Shown here: positions 11,800-24,559 of the stretch, piece by piece
Layout: each line of letters begins with the position of its first letter
Position numbering within the stretch: position 1 is the first letter of the stretch
Assembly: GCF_001194135.2 (NCBI RefSeq)
Contig: NC_068998.1
Location: 22,816,997-22,865,626, forward strand
Source of the DNA: Octopus bimaculoides
Lineage: Eukaryota
DNA length: 48,630 nucleotides
Direction of reading: 5' to 3'
The notes under the pieces: generated by a model
What the model was told of the DNA's origin: nothing
Seen by the model: the letters and a program-made list of their open reading frames with translations, nothing else
The model's database searches: none
Made by a program: the position numbers and the translations under genes

Positions 11800-13330
11800 A
11801 TCGCTTGCTTACCATTAGTGTGGAAGCTGTTAAGAGGTATGCTTTGAGAAAGTATTTACGAGCACCGCGACAACCAGAAATTACTACCAGAAGAACAGAA
11901 ATGTTGCAAAAAGAAGGCTAGAGGAATGCATGATGAATTTCTATTATATATTGACAAAGCAGTTCTAAATGAAGTAAAAGCCAGAAAGCAAAATCCAACA
12001 ATAGCATGGATAGATTATAGGAAATCCTATGACATGATACTACACTCATGGATGAATGAATGTTGGAATATATTCAGTATAGCAGACAGCATAAGAAAAT
12101 TAATAATCTTTAGCATGAAGAAATGGAAAGTAGATTTTTAATCAGGTGACACACTCTTAGGGAACGTTAATATCAAAAAAGGAATTTCCCAGGGGTCTCG
12201 TTGTATTTAATATTTGTCGTATGTTTGATACCCCTCAGTTTAGCATTAAGGAAAGCAAAGCTAGTGTATCAGTTCAGAAATAGTAATGGAAAAATTAACC
12301 ATTCCTACTGCATGGATAATCTGAAGCTTTTCAGTAAAAATAAGATAGGTTCTTTCATAGAGATTGTAAGATACTTCAGCGTAGATATAGTCATGACATT
12401 TGACATGGATAAGTGTGCAATATTAATCATAAGAAGGGGAGAGATAGTCAACAGCGAAAGCATCCAGTTACCTGATGCCAGGCATTAAAATCATTGAAAA
12501 GAGGAAAGAGTTATAAATATCTAGTAGTATTAGACTCTGACAGAGTACTAACTACAGAAATGAAAACGAAAATTGAGAAGGCGTATATCAGTAGGGTGAG
12601 GAGCCTAATGAAATCAAAGTTAAGAGGTCCGAATATAGTAAAAGCAGTATCATTCCTTATATACTCAGCAGCTTTGTGATAGTGGACAACAACTGATCTA
12701 ACAAAGCTAGACGTTAGAACTTGGAAGAAATTCAATATGAATGGAGGACTCCACCCAAGGGCACAGCAGTACCAAAATTATACCTACCTAGAACGGAAGA
12801 GGGAAGGTAGAAGACTGCATGGAGTTAGCTGGAGTAGATATGGACTGCTACGTAGTTATCAGTGAAGAACGTTTATTAAAAGATATTAAAGTGACAGCAA
12901 AACATAGGGAAACCAAAACACCAGTCGAACATAAAGAACCAGAAAAAAGAACAGAAATTATCTGACTGGCATGGGAAGGTGTTGAATGGTAGATTCCCAA
13001 AGATGGTTTTAATAAACAGTAGTAGTGGGACATAGTTTTTGATGCAGAAAGGAAAGCTAAAGAGGGAGACAGGAAGATTGTTAGTATACGCATAAGATCA
13101 AGCATTAAGGACTAATTGGATAAAAGCCAAGATAGGCAACAACGAAGTAGATTTCCAATGTAGCGTATGCAATTCAAAAGAAGAAATCGTTTCTCATATC
13201 GTAAGTGTATGTAGCATGCTGGCACAGAAAGTATACAAGAAAAAACATGACAATCTAGGGAGAGCAATCCACTGGAAGCTGTGTAAAAATCTAGGATTTG
13301 AACATACTGACCAAGAATATGTGTACTGAC
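11800..13330 (+). mobile_element. RLE-type (R4/Dong-like) LINE, RT through CCHC, multiple frameshifts and stops
   Basis: IAWIDYRKSYDMILHSW; KKGISQG; INHSYCMDNLKLF (decayed YxDD); FDMDKC; YKYL; CSVCNSKEEIVSHIVSVC..LAQK.Y...HD. Confidence 0.92.
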
Positions 13331-13885
13331 CATTGATATGTATAAAGAAAATAAGATAAGGTAGACAATTCTGAAATAATTTTTTCATGAAGTATAACTT
13401 AGTATCAGTTTGTATCTTTTAGACTTTTTCAACAAAGAATAAAACAATTAGATTGGAGAAAAAAATTAAGTTAAATGTTTTGTAGATATTTCCATAGTCT
13501 TTATATATGTAAATATTTCCATAATCTTCCGATAGATTATGTATGTATATATGTATATACGTATGTATGTATGCATGTATGTATATATTAGAGGAAAATG
13601 ACAACAAATACCAAAGCAGGACAAGTATCTCAAGTCATGTATAATTATTTCACCTTACTCTAATTTATTACAAATGACATGAGATACTCTTCCTTGTTCT
13701 CTAATATATACCTGCTAACAAGGAATCGTAATACGAATCCCTAGTTCCAGCTTCAGGTGTTGACTTGGAAACTAACGGATGACTAAATATAGCATTTACT
13801 CAGCGTACCTATCCGTTTAGATGACCAGTGAAATAAAACCTTCATATTCTCTCTCTATGGATATATATATATATATATATATATA

Positions 13886-14133
13886 NNNNNNNNNNNNNNN
13901 NNNNNNNNNNNNNNNNNNNNNNNNNNNNNNNNNNNNNNNNNNNNNNNNNNNNNNNNNNNNNNNNNNNNNNNNNNNNNNNNNNNNNNNNNNNNNNNNNNNN
14001 NNNNNNNNNNNNNNNNNNNNNNNNNNNNNNNNNNNNNNNNNNNNNNNNNNNNNNNNNNNNNNNNNNNNNNNNNNNNNNNNNNNNNNNNNNNNNNNNNNNN
14101 NNNNNNNNNNNNNNNNNNNNNNNNNNNNNNNNN
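13886..14133. other. Assembly gap flanked by (TA)n and (GT)n
   Basis: N run. Confidence 0.99.
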
Positions 14134-14181
<48 letters not shown>

Positions 14182-14214
14182 ATGTATGTGTGTGTGTGTG
14201 TGTGGTATATATAT

Positions 14215-14530
14215 GATGGATGGAAGCCCCTACCTGTTAGGTCAGGAATAACCATGGTATTATACCGTGGAGGTTCCCCTCTGAGGCATAAATGTGGGCA
14301 AGGTTGTTGATGAAAAAACAGTGGTCCCCATACATACCATCCCCCACTCTCAACGCCAACGTTGCTATCCAATGGAAAGGAAAAGTTTAATACAGCTGGG
14401 TATCGGTGACATCGGTGAAGCCGAGTAAACCGGGGAGAACTGAAATAAAGTGTCTTGCTGCAGAACACAATATACAGCCGCGTCCGAAAATTGAACTCAC
14501 TATTTCATGACTGTGAGCCCGATGCTGGTC
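14215..14530 (-). mobile_element. tRNA-derived SINE
   Basis: Head on the minus strand (gcatcgggctcacag..agttcaattttcgg..gtgttctgcagcaagacactttattt); the gcaagacacttta motif is shared with the SINE at 25.4 kb. Confidence 0.65.
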
Positions 14531-14535
14531 CATAT

Positions 14536-14566
<31 letters not shown>

Positions 14567-14581
14567 CAGATAGATAGATAT

Positions 14582-14644
<63 letters not shown>
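14567..14644. repeat. (GATA)n microsatellite
   Basis: Direct reading. Confidence 0.97.
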
Positions 14645-14649
14645 CCATC

Positions 14650-15130
14650 GAAGAGTCAGCCACTGTCACCAGATTCGCTGATACAAATGTATCTCGGGTG
14701 GTCGAGGACCCTGAAACTCTGAAGACATACTAAAACTGGAAAAGAACCTGTATGAAAACAACATATGGGCTGAAGAAAGTAACATACAGTTCAATGCTGA
14801 TATATTTCAACCACTTCACTATCGGTTCACAAACAGAATTCAACCGGAAGACATAGGGTCTGGGGTCAGTGCACTCCCAGAGTTTGAGTCGGTGGGTGAT
14901 TTGTGATTCTACATGAGTAATGACGCAACATTCCATGTGCCTATTATCAAGATTACAGCACTGTGCAGGTGAATATCTTTGTGGATCGTTAGATCCCTAA
15001 GAGCTCGAAATAAAGATACCTTCCTACTCTTATGAAGGACATTTGTTCTTAATCGTCTGGGTTGTCGCTCCGAACCGTGGTCGTCGCAGAGCGTCAAATT
15101 GATAGCACTACAAAGAGCGGCTCCATCCAT
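14650..15130 (-). mobile_element. Possible APE-type LINE (RTE-like) 5' fragment
   Basis: LIIGTWNVASL resembles the start of an APE endonuclease (IGTWNV); the rest is not recognisable. Confidence 0.35.
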
Positions 15131-16386
15131 TTCGATTCTTCACCAAAAACAGTACAGAAGGAAGATCCGAAACAAATTAAAAGGCGGTGCTGTAGTATGG
15201 TTCCAGCATCCGGCTGAAACCAGTAGGTGAGTAGAAGAGATATGTGTATCAATATGCTTGTATAACACCCACACACATACATACATACATATGTATATAC
15301 ATACGTACATACATACACATACGCAGACACACACACACACACACACATGTATATACACATATTTTGTTATTACTAATAACGTATACTGTTTTCTGTTTAA
15401 ACTAAGAAACCTGTAACTTTGACCACTTATCCAGGGAATTATACACCAAAAATGTACTACTTCAGACGACATTATCTTCTTTCTTTACAACAATTTTTTT
15501 TTGTTGCGATTCTTCACATTTGAGTGAGATGAATAATGGCTATTTTTCAATCTTTCAGAGTCCCCAAGGTTACATTGCTATGCACCTACGAGTTATTTAT
15601 AGTGACAACATAAGAAATACATCTATACAAACCTCCCGCATATCTAATACAATTACACACAGCAAATATAAGTGATTTTAGCTTTCACTTCATCTGTTTA
15701 ACAACGTGCTAAAATGATGTTCCGAGATAAATAGATAGAAACGTTCATGGCTCATTAATTGGACTAATGTTGGCTGTCTTTCAAGTTTCGGCTCTTGAGA
15801 ATCGGATTCAACTTATGTTCTCCCATGTGTGGACCTTTACAGGGTAAAGAAAAGAAATATACAATGAAATAGAGAAATTAGAGAAAAAAATAAAGAAAAA
15901 AATATTTGTATAAACTAGCGAAGTTGTTGAAGAGAAGTGGACTATGCGAGAAATATCTTTATTTTTATTTTTTCTTTCAATACAATGAAAATGTAGAAGA
16001 TTAATGTGAGACACAGAAAATAGGAGAATAAGGTTTTAAAAGTCAGGTATGAAAGGAAACGTTATATGAAATAGAAATCAGAATAACACATTTTACAATG
16101 AATCGAATCGTTTTTCAGTCTACTCAATGAACTCCTTATCCAGTGTATTTTAAGAATGTTTATCTAATGATCTTATCATTTTGCCGACTACTATAGAAAA
16201 TTAATAACATCTGAAATGGATTGAACTTCTTAAAAAAGGTGTACACATTATATTACTAAGAACTTCTCATGACAATCGTTTGTGTGTGTGCTTGTGTGTG
16301 AGCATATTAGGCACGAGATGACTGGATGAGTATTTCGCTTGTTATCCATGTCACATCTTCAAAAGATTATTATTTATCATAGATAT

Positions 16387-16545
16387 AAAGTGACGAGCTG
16401 GCTGAAAGGTTAGCATTTTGGGAAAAATGCTTACCAGCACTTCGTACAATCGGATTTGAAATTCTGCCGAGGTCGACTTTAACTTTCATCTTTTCGGGGT
16501 CGATAAAATAAGATAAATACTTGATGTAATCGATTAATCCCTACT
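16387..16545 (+). mobile_element. tRNA-derived SINE (copy 1 of a head-to-tail pair)
   Basis: gacgagctggctgaaaggttagc...tttgaaattctgccgaggtcgac...tttcatcttttcggggtcgataaaataag. Confidence 0.8.
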
Positions 16546-16549
16546 GCCG

Positions 16550-16755
16550 AACTTGCTGGCAGAATCGTTAGCGCACGAAGCAAGATATTTTGTGACATTT
16601 CGTCCGTCCGTACTTTCTGAGCTGAAAGTCTGCCGAGATGGACTTACTCATTTATCCTTTCGGGGTCGAGGAAATGTCTATCAGTTACGCACTGAAGTTG
16701 ATGTAATTGACCAGCCCCCTTCCCCATGACTGCAGGCCTTGTTCCTATAGTAAAA
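16550..16755 (+). mobile_element. tRNA-derived SINE (copy 2 of a head-to-tail pair)
   Basis: gctggcagaatcgttagc...atcctttcggggtcga...gatgtaattgaccagcccccttcccc..ggccttgttcctatagta. Confidence 0.8.
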
Positions 16756-17083
16756 TATAATACATACGTAGTGATTATAACATTAGTTATTTCATTTAAA
16801 TTTCATAAAGTTCTATCTTGACTAAGTATTATTATATTTAAATTTTTAGAAGCAGGAAACTTTTGGCTTATTTTTACTGGACGATGTTTGCATGAAAAAA
16901 TATGCAGGAAGCGAGTTCGAATGGGAGTACTTGTGTTAAATACCTTACGCATATTTTACGAAAAGTTGACGATGGCAAGAACAGAACGATAGGTAAACTC
17001 GAATTTACTGGTGGTGGTACATATTTACGTTATTTACAATATTTACATTTGACGGATATTTCAACTGATCTTGTTTCTCGTCA

Positions 17084-17127
17084 GCAAAACGTTTCGGCTG
17101 ATATACCCTCCAGCCTTCATAAGGTGT
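17084..17127 (-). ncRNA. Degenerate minimal type-I hammerhead ribozyme motif (Penelope-associated)
   Basis: Minus strand ACAC-CUUAUGA-A-GGCUG(GAGGGUAUAU)CAGCC-GAAA-CGUU. The core CUGAUGA is mutated to CUUAUGA; stem II is a perfect 5 bp; palindromic ACGU could form stem III in a dimer. Probably inactive. Confidence 0.65.
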
Positions 17128-17178
17128 ATTGGGGAAACTTCGTACCTGGGTTCTCTTCTTAAAGTATTTTTCGATGTC

Positions 17179-17277
17179 ATTATTATTATTATTACTATTA
17201 TTCAGGTCAATGCCTGGAATCGAACTCGGAATCTTGGGGTATATAGCCCGGGCTCTTAACAACTAGATCATATGCCC
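17179..17277 (-). mobile_element. tRNA-like Pol III head followed by (AAT)n
   Basis: A-box-like tagttgttaagagc (17252-17265) and B-box gagttcgattcc (17216-17227), followed by aataatagtaataataat. Confidence 0.75.
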
Positions 17278-17306
17278 ATGGGAAATTTCTGAGTGACATA
17301 TAGGGC

Positions 17307-18090
17307 TTATAAATCTAATATTTTCCTATACGTCCTTAATACCGGTTCAAATATGCTATTCATATCTGCACCCGGTCTGCTTAGGAGGTTGTTGTATCCT
17401 AGCATATGTGCTGCTTCTTTCCAGTGGTCTTGTCTGTCTATTATTTTGACTTCATCCCAGAGTCGGTTATCTCCATTTTTCCATACATGGTCAGCTACAC
17501 CCGATTTATCAACATCTCTTCGTGTCACAGCGTTGCGATGTTCCTCTACCCTTATTTTGAGGGGCCGACATGTTTCGCCTTAGTATGACCTACCACAGCT
17601 GCATAGGATGAAGAGCATGCAGGTTTTGGTCGTATTCTCTTCTATTGCTGGTTTTAATCGGAGGAGATATTTGCGAATTGTGGTATTACTCTTGAATACT
17701 GACCTGATGTCATATCGGCCGCATATCTTTTCTGTCTTTTCGGAGAGGCCTTTGATATAGGGTAGACAGACTGTGGACAGTTTATTAGTTTCATCCTCTC
17801 TTTTCTTCATAATTGAAGTGGATAGTACGTTTTTGAGGTAGTTGTTGCTTAAGAGATTGTTACTGTGCTTGATAATTTCCTTGTGGTGGGTATCACGTAA
17901 GCTACTTATATACTTTGCTCGATGTTGTAGGTACTGAGCAATCCATCTCTTTATAGTGTATGGATGGTGGGAATTGAAGTTGAGGTATCGTCCAGTGAAG
18001 GTCGGCTTGTGATATACGAATGTCCTGATTCCATACTTGGTGCGTGTTAGTAATACGTCCAGGAATGCTAACTGATTGTCTTTTTTTATT
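17307..18090 (-). mobile_element. Penelope-like retroelement: RT C-terminus and GIY-YIG endonuclease (frameshifted)
   Basis: LAFLDVLL....IRTFVYHKPTFTGRYLNFNSHHP; LPYIKGLSEK..KICGRYDIRSVFKSN; CSCGRSY/GETCRPLKIRVEEH; SGVADHVW; EAAHM. Confidence 0.92.
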
Positions 18091-18564
18091 ATTATTATTC
18101 CTCCGATGTTGCAGGAAGATATTTTAGTGATTCATTTGATAATGATCGGCTTTGTTTGCATTTAAACTAGATTTTTGGCCCCTGGGAGTAATCTTAATTG
18201 TTTAACCGAATCACTTACTATATACTGCACTATGTTATCACACACACTTATGTAGATAAGGGATTATTTCTCAATTTTCATTGTCAGTATCCAAAATAGA
18301 ATTTTATAATTTTCATGATCAATGAAATATACTGTGATGGATCGTGTAATTTTCCAGTTTTAGGTATGCAATGTCTACGAATATATACATATTTTAATGA
18401 CATTTTTCTTAATATAACTGACCGGGAATAGATAAGGTATTTGTGCTTGATTCTTAGATCTCAAAGCATATTATGTTGTACATACTGATACAAAGTTATT
18501 CATTACGTTAGCAGAATATAGCATCTAATTAACGTTCTTCTCTTTATTGTACAAAATATAATTA

Positions 18565-19555
18565 TTTCCTCGTTTGTGTCTGCTGTGGAATTTCGTTTCC
18601 TGTTGGACAATTCTATTTTTGTTGTCCCATACAACTCATATTTTCTTGTAAGCCAGTTTGGTTTATTCATCGACTAGTAATGCATATCACCATTATAAAT
18701 AATAGTAAAAAAAATAAAAACATTACATGAACACTTCCTATGGTTTGCGGAGTTCGTATTTGTACACCTTTCATAAATATCTTTGTCTCAAATAACAGTT
18801 CTTGGAAACTTGGAAATGTAATTTTATCCATCCGGAATTATAATACCGGTTTTTCATCGGCTGGAAATAATTCATGGCATTATAATAAGAAAAATGGGAA
18901 GCCATTATTGTCATTTATTATATATATGCATGGACTTTCGGTTTGATCTTGCAATATAAATCTTGAGGCCGTCGTTTCGATTCACGAACCATTTCAGGTA
19001 TCGTTTTCTTGAACAAAACACTTTACTTGAAGTTGCTCCAGTCTACTGACTTGTAAATGAGTCCCAGTAATAGATGGTAATTACAATATGTGATGGACAG
19101 GCATCCCGCTCAAGATAGTTGTTGTAATCATTGTATCTGACACACCATATGAACTATGTAAACCTCCAGCTTTGTCAGGCATAGAGCTTATGAGGAAGTT
19201 ATGCTATTCCTTTTGCAGTCGCATGTCATCGTCTGTAACTGCGCATGTCATAAAGACATTCTCATCTAATTACTGCTTCATTAATAATCCATCTTCACTG
19301 TTATGGTCAGTGTCTTCAATGCTAATGATCATCTCCACGACATTCTTTATAACAGAGATAACTACACATCTAGAGAATTTGCTCCATTAACATTTCTACT
19401 CGAGGGTATTGACCCTTCTGCATAGCAAACACTTCACCTTCCGCTCATTGCAATCGGATTGCAGAACACATCTTTTATTTCCAAGCCTCTTGTCATTTTT
19501 GTCAAAACGGAGGGTTCACTTCTATGTAATTGTATAATCGGTGCTCCAATCGTAA
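18565..19555 (+). pseudogene. Decayed intronless GPCR, FMRFamide/sex-peptide-receptor-like (Srw-type)
   Basis: PRLCLL[W]NFVS (N 18589); TTHIFL*A; PFINIFVSNNSSW..ILSIRNY (18767-18841); GIPLKIVVV (19100); MLMIISTTFFITEIT (19319, E 19355); LLSFL...VHFYV(fs)CIIG (19514). The TM3 to TM7 remnants lie in one frame with stops. Read by eye. Confidence 0.5.
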
Positions 19556-21537
19556 CTTGGTATTTCGTGCTTCAGATAATATAATATATCAAGCACCGGT
19601 ACTGGTTAGATAACTGCTGTTATGGAAAATTTTCGCTCGTTAATACATTCTTGCGGATCTTAAAACAGTGGACTGTCAATTTAGGAAGTATGCACTGTCC
19701 CTGTATTGAACATTACTCGAGAAATTTTGCTTTGGACTCCCTCACAAAGTAGTAAGTATGCCTTAACAGGAACATGAAAATTTATTCTTCATAGAAAATG
19801 GCAGATGAAACAATCGCTCTACCTTACTCTGTCTGTAATTCTAACATTTCTCTGCCACATTTTTTATATAATTCAACCTAAGCACCAACGTGTTACTTAA
19901 ACTACATTGTTCTATATTTTCCCTTTCCTCTTTACATAATTCATTTAATTTAAATGTATACCTCATTCACTTTTAAGCCTATATATCTCATCGTATCTCT
20001 TAAACGTTGTACAAACCAATGATATTACACTCTATAGTTCTCTTAGCAACTAATGGTATCAAAATCGCACTGGAATTATTGTATATGAAAGTAATTGCTG
20101 AGAAAATATACTAAAGATTTAGAAGAACGTGGATTGCATTACTTATAATTCGGATTTTACCATTTCATGAATGTCTACAATGTGTCAAGGGACAATGATA
20201 ACCATCATCTCAATATATAATATAACAGTCATATTATTATTACAGTGAAATATAGGATAGTTGTAACGATGTACGTTGAATGCTTTGCGTACTTTGCGAA
20301 TCATTTTGAAAGCCTCCAATGTTAAGGAGTTTTGTTAAGGGGTTTAATGAATTGAAAGCCACGCTGTTTTTATTTCACTGTCTAGATTACAATATATCTA
20401 CAACCAAAAGTTTTTTTGGAATATTTCCTTCTGTCAACATGTGACTTTGTGTTTCATATAATCCAGATGCATGGTGTTAGTCAAATTTATACTATACGTA
20501 TTATTTTGGAAATAAATTTATCACATATCAAGGTCATCTCAGTCTGTGAACAATTTATAAATTTGTGAACATTTCAACAATATTTCAAGTTGCTGTATTT
20601 ACTCTGATCCTAAGTAATATGTTGTGGAACATGCTGTAATATGAGGAAATTAAAAACAAAAACGATACTGAGATTAGGATAACTTTCAATAATATATAAT
20701 TATATACATTAACACTTAGAATTTCAGCAACACGGATGTAAAGAAAATCAGAAATATCTCATAGCATATAATCTTACCATAATTGTTGATCACAGACATA
20801 TGATATTTTCAACCATCCATAATTTTGATGGAACATGAAACATAACTAAATATAACTACTCAGTTGTCTCAGTTATGCATTATTAGCAATGTTTGAAAAT
20901 CTATTGAGTAATGGGCAAAAAATAATCAGTGAATAATGTAATGCACATTGCGATTTTCTTTAAGATAGTTCTTTCAATACATTTATTTCTGAATCTGCTG
21001 ATTTATGATATTTTCAAGTATTTCCTTAAGATATACATATAGTTCCTTGCTTTTACTGCAGCATCATATTCTGTGTAGCTGATGATAATTTACAAAGAGG
21101 AAAGCAGCAGAATAGCAGTTTTAAAATAATAATTTACCATACTTCATTATTTATGTGTATAATTTTTTTTTATTTTAATGACTCTTATTTTTTATTGCAT
21201 CTATTGCAATAAATCTTAATTCCTTTCGGGAATTTATCTGTTTCTTACACTGTATGTACGAAATTATTTATATGGTCCATTATTATGTGACAGAAGTGTT
21301 TATTTTCCGAAGTATTACGTCCTATTGTTTTCTTTATTCACCTGATTTTTAGTGATGAAAAAATTAAAGGCAAACCGCAACAAAATAAAATTACATACAC
21401 ATGCACCTACGTCTATCGATGTTCAATTTGTGAGCAATACCTGCAATGAATTGGTCGGTAATCGTTAAAATAATTCAGAAACAGTCTGAGTTAAACTTCA
21501 TCGTATTCAAATATCTAAACTTTTGCTCCTTACACAG

Positions 21538-21669
21538 CTGTTGAGATCTGAGGGAAAATACGCAAATGCTGAGGATATTGACCTTACAGCTTCTGAAATA
21601 TTTGATTCGCAAGAATTCTTTAATTTCCTTAAGAATTTTATTATGAAAATACTGACAAAAATATATTGA
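21538..21669 (+). CDS. Candidate terminal coding exon of unknown gene
   Basis: Strong acceptor ttttgctccttacacag| followed by LLRSEGKYANAEDIDLTASEIFDSQEFFNFLKNFIMKILTKIY*; no homology recognised. Confidence 0.2.
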   Translation: MLRSEGKYANAEDIDLTASEIFDSQEFFNFLKNFIMKILTKIY

Positions 21670-21879
21670 TGATATTGTGTATTCAGACGACCATACATGA
21701 ATATTGGTGTGTATCCGAATGTGAGTGCGCGCGCACGCGTGTTAATTGAGGTAACTGCTGTACTCCCACACCGAATGCAGCATTCTATATCTCATCCGGT
21801 GCTGAAGTGACTCTAGCGTTTTTGTCCACTTTTAACGATCCACCAGAGCTGCCAGGAGTCATCCATCGACGTAAGCGAC

Positions 21880-22160
21880 AAAATACTCGCGCAGTAACGC
21901 AAGCATTTTAAGTGTGATCTTGATAAACATTGTATCATCCCCAATGAGCGATATTGCTGCGCCGATCTTCTTTTCTCTTGAGCATGATGCAATTTTTTTG
22001 CTTCCTCAGGATCATCGCATTAATCTATGGCAATACCTTTTGTCTCCTTCATAGCTACTTCACATCTAACATCTACCTCTAAAGGAAGGCGTACTACATA
22101 TTATCTATATTTCACTGAGTCGAAGATATCACTCCATTTTCTTTAGCTTTATGCTCTTCT
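21880..22160 (-). mobile_element. Possible very old mariner N-terminal (HTH) remnant
   Basis: CDDP..SKKIASCSREKKIGAAISLIGDD resembles the DDPRSGRP...I...I..D region. Confidence 0.3.
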
Positions 22161-22734
22161 CCACCGCATCATCCAGCGTTCTAAAATGCAAATTAAAATC
22201 ATCAGTCAAACTAAAATTGAAACAACACTTAAAGAGCAAAGAACATGTAACGATCCTAGTTTATAACGGAGTTAAATATATGGGCATTGACGATGGTGGC
22301 GTTTCTTCTTCCACAAAAATAGGAACAATAGCCAAAATCAATAATTAGAAGAAATTAATAAATAACTTCTACCGCCATACCATGAAATTTTGTGTGTCTG
22401 CCAACTGGGTTTATCTTAGCGAGACACGAGTATTCGCGTCGTCTGCAACTTCGAACATATTAATATAAATGAATGAAAAACGTGTGTGTGGTGCATTTTC
22501 GTTGAGTAATGTTAGGTGTGTGTATATGATGGTGCGAAATTAATTTCAATTATTTGATATTGGTATCTGTACAAATGCGCAAGCGTAAACACACACGCGC
22601 GCGCGCACATACATTCATACATCACGAGATCGTGAGTAATGAGCATATAGGAGGAAAGAAGGAAGAGTGGGGATTTGCTGAATCCCTTTCATACACAACG
22701 CTGTAATGTTTGCAATGAAAACAAACAAACTATG

Positions 22735-23760
22735 GCAGCCTTACTATAGTATGGCCTGATTATAGGAAGGTATTGAACTCTCTTCCACACTAATGGCTGC
22801 CAAAGCGTTTACATTTAGGAAATATGCTTACTAGGTCGATTGCGACCATAGAAAGGCTCAAAGACCTGAGAAATTATTCTTACACAGAGCAGAGACAAGA
22901 ATGAACGTCTCCAATATTATTCCAATTTTAGAAGGACTATTTCAAGGAGATCGACTTTTTTGTAATACTTTTAATTCGACGTTAAATTCATGATCATTCC
23001 AGTTACAAAATAAAAATTACTACATGTTAGAATCTGCAAAAAATATTAATGTAAGCAATACTTTCTCTGTGGATGACCTTAAGATTTATGTTCAAAATTT
23101 TAATGAATCCAAAAATGCAACTGGAATTGATATCAAAATTTTCAGCTGATATAGGAATGGAATTTGGCCAAAAGAAATGTTCATATTTGAATGTTGAACC
23201 TGGAAAAGCAGTCCTCCGGACTCAAAACCTGCACATACATAGCCCCATTGTCTCTTCTGTCCGACATAAAGAATGCTACAATAATCTAGGCATTGATGAA
23301 ATTATATCATCCAAAAGAACTGTAAAGAAAGATATAGGTAAAATGCCCAACGTAGGAGAAAAAAGGAGTCGGAACTCTTCTATTGCAACAAGACAATATC
23401 CCACGATGAATTTCCAGTACCAATGCTCATCCCACCATTTGGGTTACTCGAGTAGTCTGTAGAGGAAATTCACTCCATAGACATTAAAAAGTATCAGATA
23501 CTGAATTGTTCTGGATATCTCCTCTGAAATAGTGATATCGACAATTTATACCAAAGAAGACATGAAGGAAGTAGAGACTTGTTATAAGTGCAAACAACAT
23601 TCGAATATCTCTCGGAGAACACTTGCTAAATACCAGCAGCAAAAATAGCTACAGTAACTTAGTACTGAAAAATTAAGAGGACTGTGAGCTCCTGGGGAAG
23701 CACTCTCTTCCTGATAACCTTTCACACAACCTCCAAACAACCGGACTAACATATCTCGAT
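22735..23760 (+). mobile_element. RLE-type LINE RT remnant
   Basis: DYRKVLNSLPH*W; GLFQGD; VDDLKIY; KFSADIGMEFGQKKCSYL; YNNLGI. Confidence 0.85.
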
Positions 23761-24491
23761 TAAGATTTGGATGGGAAACGCTCAGCATGCCAACCAAATG
23801 ACTATGTATGTGTATGTTTCCGATTTAAAGAAGACAGTTATATCCACAAGAAAACCATCCTCTGTTGAACTCGTGACCGCTATAATGCATCAGATTTCGA
23901 AGGCTATGTATTTGGAATCACACACGCACATAAACAAAATACACTCCCACACACACGTGCACACACATTCACAAACACACTCACACACATACACTTACAG
24001 AAAAATACATATATATGTATACACCTAAGCTTGTGTATGCTTCTGTCTGAATTTGTTTATGCATTTATATGTGCTTCTGCTTTTCTTCGTGTGTGTTATA
24101 GACAGATTATTGACAACAGCTTCTTAGTCATAAATTAAAGTAAATTAACAATCCGTCATTATCCTATATATCAAAGAACATTGTTTAAGTAAATGTACAA
24201 TTAATTGCAGGAAAAGAATGCATTAATTTGTACATATAAATTAAAAAAAAAAAACAAATGTTGTTCAAAGTTTTTAATGTTGAGGTTACCTATATTAGAC
24301 AGTCAACATTACACATTTCCGAGAAAATATATATTGTTTAATGTGGCACACAAATTAGAAATTACAGTTACGATTAGACATAACAAGAGAATGAAATTTT
24401 AAAAATAATACAAAGCAACAACTGAGGTCTGATCATGTGAATGCGAGTTTTTTTTAGCAAGAATTGCATATGGATACACACACACGTGTGA

Positions 24492-24535
<44 letters not shown>

Positions 24536-24559
24536 AATGTAGTATATTGCCACTTAAGT

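Noticed and set aside
13821-14468. Long ORFs spanning N gaps (also 24596-25502 and 27974-28399)
   Set aside because: Artefacts of N runs and flanking microsatellites.
20030-20520. IALE...RRTWIALLII[R]IL as a further GPCR TM3/TM4
   Set aside because: Could only be fitted by free frameshifting. It shows how easily AT-rich DNA mimics TM motifs, so it was not called.
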